Origin: an uncultured Clostridia bacterium
Lineage (GTDB): Bacteria > Bacillota > Clostridia > TANB77 > CAG-508
DNA length: 64,000 nucleotides
Reading direction: 5' to 3'
Assembly (NCBI GenBank): GCA_944387425.1
Contig: CALXEV010000001.1
Coordinates: 3,258 to 67,257, forward strand
Below, one piece after another: positions 18,805 to 27,033 of the stretch; the first letter of the stretch is position 1, and every line of letters starts with the position of its first letter. A program made the position numbers and the translations under genes. The notes below the pieces were generated by a model, which was not told where the DNA came from, did no database searches, and saw only the letters and a program-made list of their open reading frames with translations.

Positions 18805-20502
18805 ATGGGAAATATAGTATTATTAGATGATCTAACAATAAACAAAATAGCAGCAGGAGAAGTAATTGAAAGACCTGCAAATGTAGTAAAAGAATTAATA
18901 GAAAACTCACTTGATGCAGGTGCAACTAATTTGATTATAGAAATAAAAAAAGGTGGAAAAGAACTTGTAAAAGTAATAGATAATGGAAAAGGTATAAAAC
19001 AAGATGACATGGAAATTGCTTTAGAAAGACATGCAACATCTAAAATTAGAAAAGTAGAAGACTTAGAACATACTTATACAATGGGTTTTAGAGGAGAAGC
19101 ATTAGCAAGTATTGCATCTGTTTCAAAAATTACTATAATTTCAAGAACAGCTCAAGATGATACTGGCTCAAAGATAGTTGCAGAAGCAGGAGAAATCATA
19201 GAAAAAAGTCAAACAGGTTCACAAATAGGAACATCAATTTCTGTGGAAAATCTATTTTTTAATACACCTGTAAGATATAAATTTTTAAAACAAGATGCAA
19301 CAGAAACAAAATATATAAAAGAATTTATCCAAAAAGTTGCACTTGCAAATCCAGACAGAGCAATTAAGCTAATAACAGATGGAAAAACTGTATTTCAAAC
19401 AAATGGAAACGGAAAAATAGAAGATGTCATATATTTAATATATGGAAAACAAATAAAAGAAAATATAGTAAAAGTAAATTACGAAGAAGAAAATATAAAA
19501 ATTACAGGAGTAATAGGAAATACTACAATTGCAAGAGACACAAGAAAAGATCAAATAATATTTTTAAATAAAAGAAATATAAAAAATCAAATATTAACAA
19601 ATAGTGGAGACCAAGCATTTAAAGGAAGCACTGGTATTGGGAAATATGGTTTTTATGTATTAAACTTAGAAATGCCTGCAAATTATTATGATGTAAATGT
19701 TCATCCAACTAAAATGGAAGTAAGATTTAAAGATGAAAGCTTAATTTATAAAACATTATATCATGCAATAAAAAGCGCAATTTTAAGCAAAGAATTTTTA
19801 GGTAATACTCAAACTGAAAACCATAATGAAAAATATATAGAAAATGAACTTGAATTTTTAACACAAAGAGATAAACTATTTGAACAAAATTCAAACAACG
19901 AAGAACTTATATATAGAGAAGATAAAAGAAAGATTGACTACAAATATATAGGAATTTTATTTAGAACATATATAATAATTCAAGTTGAAAACGAAATTTT
20001 CTTAATTGACCAACATGCCGCACATGAAAGACTTTTATATGAACAAATAAAAGAAAATTATAAAAGCAAAGTAAACAGTAATAGTCAAATGATGTTAATA
20101 CCAGAAGTAATAAATTTAACACATAAAGAAATAGAATTTATTCAAAAAAATATTGAACTTATAAAAGAATATGGGTTTGATATAGAAATGTTTGGAGATA
20201 ATGCAGTAAAAATTAATGGAATTCCAGATATTGAATATAGAGCAAAATCAAACAAGAAAAACATATTTTTAGATATTCTTGACGAAATGATTACAAATGA
20301 AAGGAGTTCAATAAAAGACATAGAAGAAAGGTTTATTGCAACTGTTGCATGCAAGGCTGCAGTAAAGGCTAATATGGATTTAACCCCTCAAGAAGTAGAC
20401 AATTTAATTCAAGAATTACTTACATTAAAAAATCCATATACATGTCCACATGGTAGACCAACGACTATTAAAATAAGTAAAGAACAATTATTAAAAATGT
20501 AA
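18805..20502 (+). CDS. mutL: DNA mismatch repair protein MutL
   Basis: N-terminal NKIAAGEVIERPANVVKELIENSLDAGAT GHKL ATPase motif; C-terminal dimerisation/endonuclease region. Confidence 0.9.
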   Translation: MGNIVLLDDLTINKIAAGEVIERPANVVKELIENSLDAGATNLIIEIKKGGKELVKVIDNGKGIKQDDMEIALERHATSKIRKVEDLEHTYTMGFRGEALASIASVSKITIISRTAQDDTGSKIVAEAGEIIEKSQTGSQIGTSISVENLFFNTPVRYKFLKQDATETKYIKEFIQKVALANPDRAIKLITDGKTVFQTNGNGKIEDVIYLIYGKQIKENIVKVNYEEENIKITGVIGNTTIARDTRKDQIIFLNKRNIKNQILTNSGDQAFKGSTGIGKYGFYVLNLEMPANYYDVNVHPTKMEVRFKDESLIYKTLYHAIKSAILSKEFLGNTQTENHNEKYIENELEFLTQRDKLFEQNSNNEELIYREDKRKIDYKYIGILFRTYIIIQVENEIFLIDQHAAHERLLYEQIKENYKSKVNSNSQMMLIPEVINLTHKEIEFIQKNIELIKEYGFDIEMFGDNAVKINGIPDIEYRAKSNKKNIFLDILDEMITNERSSIKDIEERFIATVACKAAVKANMDLTPQEVDNLIQELLTLKNPYTCPHGRPTTIKISKEQLLKM

Positions 20503-20515
20503 AAGGAGTAAAAAT

Positions 20516-20722
20516 ATGAGATGTCCTAAATGTGGAAGTACAGATATATCAAGTATAGTTGATACAAAAACACACACAAAAGGTTTTGATGGAGGAGATG
20601 CTTGTTGTGGATACTTGCTATTCGGATGGCCAGGAATTTTGTGTGGTTTATGTAATACAGGTGATACAACAACAGAAACAAGAACAACAAATATATGTAA
20701 CAATTGTGGAAAGAGATTTTAA
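20516..20722 (+). CDS. Small Cys-rich zinc-ribbon protein (68 aa)
   Basis: CPKCG...CNNCG paired CxxC motifs plus internal CC/CGLC; strong AAAAGGAG RBS. Confidence 0.5.
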   Translation: MRCPKCGSTDISSIVDTKTHTKGFDGGDACCGYLLFGWPGILCGLCNTGDTTTETRTTNICNNCGKRF

Positions 20723-21087
20723 TGAAAAAGAGTACAAAAATAAAAACATGGGCCTTTTTCATGAGGCTAGGTAACAGATGTGGATGCCATCAAATAGAAG
20801 AAAGAAGTTTTAAAATTAAAGGTTGGCAATTTCCTGTTTGTGCAAGATGTACAGGAATTTTAACAGGTCAAATTATAGGAATAATAATATATTTGTGTCA
20901 TAAAACAATACCAATTTATATTGATATTGTGTTTTTAACAATAATGTTTTTGGATTGGTATATTCAATATAAGAAAATTAAAGAATCTACAAACTTAAGA
21001 AGATTTATTACTGGAAACCTAGCTGGAATTGCACAAATTAGTATTCTAATTAAAATTATAATGTTAATTGTTCGAATAATAATCTAA
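20722..21087 (+). CDS. DUF2085-like Cys-containing membrane protein
   Basis: RCGCHQ...FPVCARCTG motif plus TM helices; start overlaps the upstream stop (TAATG). Confidence 0.55.
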   Translation: MKKSTKIKTWAFFMRLGNRCGCHQIEERSFKIKGWQFPVCARCTGILTGQIIGIIIYLCHKTIPIYIDIVFLTIMFLDWYIQYKKIKESTNLRRFITGNLAGIAQISILIKIIMLIVRIII

Positions 21088-21104
21088 GTTAAAGGAATGA
21101 TGAA

Positions 21105-22664
21105 ATGTTTAGATTAAGAAATATAAAAATAAGAGAAGATTTAACAGAAGAACAAGTTTTCCAAAAAGCTATTAAAGCTAACAAAATAAAACAAGAAGAG
21201 GTTGAAAAGTGGTATATCTATAAAAAATCAATAGATGCTAGAAAAAAAGAAGATATATATTATAATTATACAATTGATATTAAATTAAAAAATAAAGAAA
21301 AAGAAAAGAGATTTGAACAAATTGAGGAATATGAATTCCTTAAAATTGAAATAAAAAGAAAAAGTCAATATAAACCTGTAATAATAGGCTCAGGGCCAGC
21401 AGGTTTATTTGCAGGTTTAATATTAATTGAAAATGGTATAAAACCAATTATTTTAGAAAGAGGAAAATGCGTAGAAGAAAGAATTAAGGACATTGAAGAA
21501 TTCAAAAAAACAAGAAAGTTTAACACAAAATCTAATATACAATTTGGAGAAGGTGGAGCAGGAACATTTTCTGATGGAAAATTAAATACAGGAAATAACA
21601 GTATATATTCAAGAAAAGTATTAGAAGAGTTCGTTAAATTTGGTGCACCTGAAGAAATTCTTTATATGTCAAAACCACATATAGGAACTGATAATCTTGT
21701 TAAAATAGTAAAAAATATTAGAGAATATATAATTTCAAAAGGTGGAGAAGTTTTATTCAATGAGCAAGTAACAGATTTTGAAATCCAAGAAAATGAAATA
21801 AAAGCTGTAAAAAGTTCAAAAAAAATAGAAACAGATACAGTTATTTTGGCAATTGGACATAGTGCAAGAGATACATTTAAAAGATTATATGAACTAGGTG
21901 TTGAAATTAGGCCAAAAAACTTTGCAGTTGGTGTACGAATAGAACATTTGCAAAAAGACATAAATAATGCACAATATGGAGAAAAAACAAAATTAAAATT
22001 ACCATCAGCAGACTATAAACTAGTTTATCATGCAAAAAATGGAAGAACATGTTATACATTTTGCATGTGTCCAGGAGGACAAGTAATAGCATCAAATTCA
22101 GAGGAAAATTCAATTGTTACAAATGGAATGAGTAATTTTGCAAGAGATGGAGTAAATGCAAATAGTGCATTATTAGTTAATGTGACAGTAGATGATTTTT
22201 ATAAAAGCACTCCATTAGACGGAATGTATTTTCAAGAAGAATTAGAGAAAAAAGCATTTGAATTAGGTGGTAAAGACTATAATGCACCAGCTCAAAAGGT
22301 TGAAGACTTTTTGCTTAATCAAAAAACTTCTAAGTTTGGAAAAGTAAAACCAACATATCTTCCAGGAGTAACAAAAGCTAATCTAAATGAAATCTTACCT
22401 GATTTTGTTTCAGAAACAATAAAAGAAGCTATACCTGAATTAGATAAAAAATTACATGGATTTGCTGATAATGATGCAATTTTGACAGGAGTAGAAACAA
22501 GGAGTTCTTCACCTGTACAAATAACAAGAGAAAAAGAAACACTTAATTCAACAAATGTAAAAGGTTTGTATCCATGTGGAGAAGGTGCAGGCTATGCAGG
22601 TGGAATTATGACAGCAGCTATAGATGGAATAAAATGTGCTATTCAAGTTTTAGAAAAGGAATAA
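21105..22664 (+). CDS. Uncharacterised FAD-dependent dehydrogenase (COG2509-like)
   Basis: N-terminal dinucleotide-binding IIGSGPAGLFAG motif, about 520 aa. Confidence 0.7.
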   Translation: MFRLRNIKIREDLTEEQVFQKAIKANKIKQEEVEKWYIYKKSIDARKKEDIYYNYTIDIKLKNKEKEKRFEQIEEYEFLKIEIKRKSQYKPVIIGSGPAGLFAGLILIENGIKPIILERGKCVEERIKDIEEFKKTRKFNTKSNIQFGEGGAGTFSDGKLNTGNNSIYSRKVLEEFVKFGAPEEILYMSKPHIGTDNLVKIVKNIREYIISKGGEVLFNEQVTDFEIQENEIKAVKSSKKIETDTVILAIGHSARDTFKRLYELGVEIRPKNFAVGVRIEHLQKDINNAQYGEKTKLKLPSADYKLVYHAKNGRTCYTFCMCPGGQVIASNSEENSIVTNGMSNFARDGVNANSALLVNVTVDDFYKSTPLDGMYFQEELEKKAFELGGKDYNAPAQKVEDFLLNQKTSKFGKVKPTYLPGVTKANLNEILPDFVSETIKEAIPELDKKLHGFADNDAILTGVETRSSSPVQITREKETLNSTNVKGLYPCGEGAGYAGGIMTAAIDGIKCAIQVLEKE

Positions 22665-22666
22665 AT

Positions 22667-23380
22667 ATGAGAAAATTAGTAATAGACTCAAGAATGAGAA
22701 AAATAGAAAAAGACAAATTAAAAGAACTAGGCTTTGAATTAATTGAGATTAAACCAAGCGAAAATGTATATGAAGAGATATCCTCTCATGTAGATATATT
22801 TACTTGCAAAATTGAAAATACAATAATTATCGAACCTAGCAAGTATATCCAAATAATAGATAAAATAGAAAGTAGCAATAAAAACATAAAAATTGGAAAA
22901 GAAAAAATTTCTTCAAAATATCCTGAAGACATAAAATATAATGTTTGTATTATAGGAAAAAAAGCAATACATAATTTTAAATTTACTGATTTAAGTGTAA
23001 AAGAAGAACTAGAAGCACACGGTTATGAGTTAATATCAACAACACAAGGATATACAAATTGTTCTATTGCAGTAATAGATGACAACAGTGCAATAGTTAC
23101 AGATAAAGGATTATATAAAATACTTCAAAAACATAATATTGATGTAATATTTATTAAAGAACCTGATATAAAACTTTTAACCCAAAATGGAATTAGTAAT
23201 AAAAAAGGATTTATAGGAGGAGCAATTACTAGAATAGAGGATAATATTATTGTAACAGGTGATTTAAGAAAAATAGACATAGAAGGTAAAATTAGAGAAT
23301 TTATAGAACGAAAAAACTTAAAAATTATAGATTTTAATGATTTAGATGTAATAGATTATGGAGGAATACTTGAAATATGA
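22667..23380 (+). CDS. Hypothetical protein (237 aa)
   Basis: ATG 22667 just after the stop of the FAD gene; 4-bp overlap (ATGA) with the downstream M48 gene. Confidence 0.5.
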   Translation: MRKLVIDSRMRKIEKDKLKELGFELIEIKPSENVYEEISSHVDIFTCKIENTIIIEPSKYIQIIDKIESSNKNIKIGKEKISSKYPEDIKYNVCIIGKKAIHNFKFTDLSVKEELEAHGYELISTTQGYTNCSIAVIDDNSAIVTDKGLYKILQKHNIDVIFIKEPDIKLLTQNGISNKKGFIGGAITRIEDNIIVTGDLRKIDIEGKIREFIERKNLKIIDFNDLDVIDYGGILEI

Positions 23381-24108
23381 CAGGTTTAATAAAAGTAAAG
23401 GACTTAGAAATACCAATTGAAATAAAGAGTTATAAAACATCAAAATCTGTAAAAATTTATTTTAAGGGAAATCAATTAACTATAACAAAACCAAAAAGAT
23501 TATCAAACAAAACCTTGATGAACATTATAAAGGAAAACGAAGCTCAATTATATAAGAAATACAAAAAAATCTTAGGAGCAGAAATAAACACAATAAAACA
23601 ATGGTCAACTGGAGAAAAAATTCATTATCAAGGTGAAGAATTTACTATTATTAGAGAAAATAATACAAAGAAACTTATAAACATAGAAATAGAAAAAGAA
23701 GAAAAACAAATTATTATAAAAGCACCTGAAAATGTAGAACAACAGATCTTGAAAAAAAGTATAGATAATGCTATTAAAAAAATATTTAAAAGAAATACAG
23801 AAATACTGATATCTGATAAATTGACATATTGGAGTAAGATTACTAAAATAGAATATAACCAAGTAAAAGTAAGAGATGCAACAACTAGATATGGAAGCTG
23901 TATGCCAAGTAAGAAGAATTTATACTTTTCTTCAAGATTAATAATGTTACCAGAAGAACAAGTTGATGCAGTAATAGTACATGAATTATGTCACATAAAA
24001 TTTAAAAATCATGATAAAAATTTCTATAATTTAGTATCAGAATTCATACCAAATTACAAAGAACTTGATAAATGGTTAAAAAAGAATGGAAATATAATAA
24101 TGTTTTAA
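23377..24108 (+). CDS. YgjP/SprT-like M48-family zinc metallopeptidase (DUF45)
   Basis: HELCHIKFKNH HExxH motif near the C-terminus. Confidence 0.7.
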   Translation: MTGLIKVKDLEIPIEIKSYKTSKSVKIYFKGNQLTITKPKRLSNKTLMNIIKENEAQLYKKYKKILGAEINTIKQWSTGEKIHYQGEEFTIIRENNTKKLINIEIEKEEKQIIIKAPENVEQQILKKSIDNAIKKIFKRNTEILISDKLTYWSKITKIEYNQVKVRDATTRYGSCMPSKKNLYFSSRLIMLPEEQVDAVIVHELCHIKFKNHDKNFYNLVSEFIPNYKELDKWLKKNGNIIMF

Positions 24109-24120
24109 AGAGGTGAGAAA

Positions 24121-25068
24121 ATGGAAATTCCTCAAGAGCTAAAAGAAAATATAGAAAATCTTATAATTGATGGACATTCAAAAATAATTGAACAAGCACA
24201 AAATGTTAGTAAAAAATATAGAGAGAATACCGGAAAAGGCAATAAAATAATTACTAGTAATTCTGAGGCTATTGCATATGCTATCTCAAGAATGCCAGCA
24301 ACTTATTGTGCTGTATATTCAGCGCTATCGCAGACATTAAAAAAATATAAAAATGAAATAAAAACTGTATATGATATTGGAGCTGGAACTGGTTCTGCAA
24401 CATGGGCTATTCAGGAACTGCTTCAACCTCAAAAAATAACATGTTTAGAATATGAAAAAGAGATGCTAAAAATAGGTGAAAGACTAATGGAACAAAGCCA
24501 GATTAAATCTTCTTGGGAACAATTTGATATAACAAAAGACTGTTTTCAAGAAAAAGCAGATTTAGTAATTTCATCATATATGCTAAATGAATTAGAAGAA
24601 AGTTCAAGAAAAAACGCAATTCAAAAAATGTGGGAAGCGACATCAGGATTGTTATTACTTATTGAACCAGGTACACCAAAAGGTTTTAAACATATCCTAG
24701 AAGCACGAGAAATTTTATTACAGCAAAAAGCGAATATAGTTGCACCTTGTACTCATAATGGAAAATGTGAAATAAGTCAAGATGATTGGTGTAGTTTTTA
24801 TGTAAGAGTAGCGAGAAGCGGAATTCATAGACAAGCTAAAAATGGTACATTAGGATATGAAGATGAAAAATTTTCTTATATAGCAGTTTCAAGAGAGCCT
24901 GTTTTTGAAAATGGACAAGCTAGAATTTTAAGACACCCACAAATTGGGCAAGGACATGTAAAAGTAAAAGTTTGCACACAAAATGGAATACAAGAAAAAA
25001 CTTTTACAAAGAAAGATAAAGAAGTTTATAAAAAAGTAAGAAAATTGGATGCAGGAGAATGTATCTAA
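24121..25068 (+). CDS. SAM-dependent methyltransferase, Rsm22-like (COG5459) with C-terminal Cys cluster
   Basis: DIGAGTGSATWA SAM motif; C-terminal CTHNGKC...WCSF cysteines. Confidence 0.6.
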   Translation: MEIPQELKENIENLIIDGHSKIIEQAQNVSKKYRENTGKGNKIITSNSEAIAYAISRMPATYCAVYSALSQTLKKYKNEIKTVYDIGAGTGSATWAIQELLQPQKITCLEYEKEMLKIGERLMEQSQIKSSWEQFDITKDCFQEKADLVISSYMLNELEESSRKNAIQKMWEATSGLLLLIEPGTPKGFKHILEAREILLQQKANIVAPCTHNGKCEISQDDWCSFYVRVARSGIHRQAKNGTLGYEDEKFSYIAVSREPVFENGQARILRHPQIGQGHVKVKVCTQNGIQEKTFTKKDKEVYKKVRKLDAGECI

Positions 25069-25126
25069 ATAGATTGAAAAATTAAAATAAATGTGATAAT
25101 ATCACATAAAATAAGGAGGAATTTAT

Positions 25127-25570
25127 ATGTTAAAAGAAAAATTAATGGATGATTTAAAGAACTCAATGAAAAACAAAAATGAAATTAGAAAAAATACTGT
25201 TCAAATGGTAAGAGCAGCAATTCTACAAATTGAGAAAGACAAAGGAATACAAGTAGAAGATGATAAAATATTAGAAATAATTGCAAAAGAAGTAAAAACT
25301 AAAAAAGATGCTTTAAAAGACTTTGAAAAAGCTCAAAGACAAGACTTAATAGACCAAACAAATAAAGAAATTGAAATCTTACAAGAATACTTACCAAAAC
25401 AATTAACTAAAGAAGAAATTAAAGAAAAACTAGAAAAGATAATTTCTGATTTAGGTGCTACATCTATGAAAGATATGGGAGCAATAATGAAAGAAGCAAA
25501 AACTCAAATGGGAGCATCAGCTGATGGTAAAACAATAAATGAAGTTGCAAAAGAAATTATGGGATTATAG
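25127..25570 (+). CDS. yqeY: GatB/YqeY domain protein
   Basis: About 147 aa with characteristic N-terminal LKxxLxxxMK and internal Q..L motifs; AAGGAGG RBS. Confidence 0.8.
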   Translation: MLKEKLMDDLKNSMKNKNEIRKNTVQMVRAAILQIEKDKGIQVEDDKILEIIAKEVKTKKDALKDFEKAQRQDLIDQTNKEIEILQEYLPKQLTKEEIKEKLEKIISDLGATSMKDMGAIMKEAKTQMGASADGKTINEVAKEIMGL

Positions 25571-25730
25571 TGTTGATTAAGAAAAAAAGATTAAGCGAGT
25601 ATAAATTCAAAAAAGAGAGATATAATAATATTAGCATAAATTTTCTATAAAAATTGAACTATCACATAGTTGCAATTAAAGAAAAAATATGCTATTATAT
25701 TAATAACAAAATGAATTAACAAATGCCCTG

Positions 25731-25923
25731 CATAGTGCGTGTAGCATAGAATTTTTAGAACCTACAAGTTTAAAAAGGGGTCAAAATCTTTGAATATGGC
25801 GTGCAAGCTTACACTTTCGAGTAGTAAGAAGCCCATGAGTATTCAAGTAGACACCCACCTGTCGAAGACAGGTCCTTAAAAATTCAGACAACTTACGGCT
25901 AAGGCGGGGGATTTGTTTTTTTT
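25731..25923 (+). ncRNA. ssrS: Candidate 6S RNA (SsrS-like): long imperfect hairpin RNA of about 185 nt with a U-tract at its 3' end
   Basis: The 5' arm (aaatgccctgc...gaatttttagaacct...tttgaata) is an imperfect reverse complement of the 3' arm (gagtattcaag...aggtccttaaaaattc...ggcgggggatttg); lies in a 420-bp gene-free gap; followed by T8. Confidence 0.4.
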
Positions 25924-25937
25924 GTATGTGAAACAGT

Positions 25938-25966
25938 TTGACAATAAACAATAAACATAATATAAT
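25938..25966 (+). promoter_or_regulatory. Consensus sigma-70 promoter (TTGACA-N17-TATAAT) for the XRE regulator gene
   Basis: Perfect hexamers 27 nt upstream of the GTG start. Confidence 0.55.
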
Positions 25967-25992
25967 ATATACATAAAAAATTTGGAAAGGTC

Positions 25993-26259
25993 GTGTTTCA
26001 ATTGAAACAAACTACACCAAAACCGCTAATGTTAATGATGGGCAACAACTTGAAAACAATAAGAACAGAAAGGGGTCTTAGTCAAAGTAAATTAGCTAAA
26101 CTATCTCATGTAGAACGGACTTTAATCGGGAAAATAGAGAAAGGAGAACGTTCACTTTCACTGCAAAATATTTGCAAATTAGCAATTGCACTTGACATCA
26201 CACCAAACGAATTATTTGAAGGCTATGAAACAATTTTAAATAAATTGCCAATCAAATAA
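25993..26259 (+). CDS. XRE-family helix-turn-helix transcriptional regulator
   Basis: LSQSKLAKLSHVERTLIGKIEKGER HTH_3 motif; GGAAAGG RBS; GTG start. Confidence 0.75.
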   Translation: MFQLKQTTPKPLMLMMGNNLKTIRTERGLSQSKLAKLSHVERTLIGKIEKGERSLSLQNICKLAIALDITPNELFEGYETILNKLPIK

Positions 26260-26269
26260 TAAATTAGCA

Positions 26270-26325
26270 TAAACATAGCATGGTAGATAGAATTTCTATT
26301 TACTATGCTATGTTTTTTACACCTC
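26270..26325. terminator. Bidirectional terminator hairpin between the convergent XRE (+) and thioesterase (-) genes
   Basis: CATAGCATGGTAGATAG...CTATTTACTATGCTATG imperfect inverted repeat followed by TTTTTT. Confidence 0.55.
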
Positions 26326-26730
26326 AACTAGAGAAATAAATTTTTCATAAATATCATTAAAATGTTTTTTTAGATTTAAAGGTTTTAAATTAGAATCAGT
26401 AAAACAATGTCTAGTCATACCAGAAACACAAAGCTCAGAAGTATTTTTGTTATAAATTTCATATGCTACTGTAAATTTTACACCTGAAAATTCTTTAATA
26501 TATGTGTGTATTTCTATTGTATCACCAAATGTTACATGTCTTTTATAATCACATGAAACTCCAAGAACAGGTGACATAATTCCTTTTTCTTCTAACATAC
26601 TATATGGCAATCCTTCATTATCTAAAAAATAGCATCTTGCTTCTTCAAAATATCTAATATAATTTGAATGATGAACAACTTCCATTTTATCAGTTTCATA
26701 ATAATTTATTTTTCTTTCATATTTTTGCAT
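26317..26730 (-). CDS. Acyl-CoA thioesterase, hotdog fold (YbgC/4HBT family)
   Basis: N-terminal YYETDKMEVVHHSNY motif; GGAGG RBS on the - strand. Confidence 0.8.
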   Translation of the reverse strand: MQKYERKINYYETDKMEVVHHSNYIRYFEEARCYFLDNEGLPYSMLEEKGIMSPVLGVSCDYKRHVTFGDTIEIHTYIKEFSGVKFTVAYEIYNKNTSELCVSGMTRHCFTDSNLKPLNLKKHFNDIYEKFISLVEV

Positions 26731-26795
26731 AATCTTACCTCCAATGAAACTAATTATATCACAAATTATTTTATTATCAATATTATAATAGTTAT

Positions 26796-26865
26796 ATATT
26801 AATATTTTTTAGACAAAACATAGCTAGGGTCATACCATTGGGTCTTGTCTTTAAAATATTAATAT
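26796..26865. repeat. Palindromic hairpin module, copy 1: ATATTAATATTTTTT / AGACAA...TTGTCT stem-loop / AAAATATTAATAT
   Basis: Paralogous to 39706-39778; stem changes are compensatory (AGACAA/TTGTCT versus GAACAA/TTGTTC). Confidence 0.6.
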
Positions 26866-26919
26866 ATAACTATATAAAAAATCATTTACAATTATAATTG
26901 TTTGTGATAAAGTAAGAAA

Positions 26920-27017
26920 TGACAAAAGAGAACCGGCACCAAATGTCAAAATAGCAAAAAAGAACCGGCACCAAATGTCCCAATTGACATGTGTCAAAAA
27001 AGACCCGGTCCCAATTG
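26920..27017. repeat. Intergenic repeat cluster (locus B): two AGAACCGGCACCAAATGTC units and one GACCCGGTCCCAATTGG unit with a TTGACATGTGTCAA palindrome
   Basis: Direct comparison with loci A, C and D. Confidence 0.7.
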
Positions 27018-27033
27018 GAATTAGGAGGTAGAA

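Noticed and set aside
25571-25730. tmRNA or SRP RNA in the yqeY-XRE intergenic region
   Set aside because: There is no tRNA-like acceptor/T-arm ending in CCA, no tag-peptide reading frame and no SRP domain-IV motif. The long-hairpin architecture fits 6S better.
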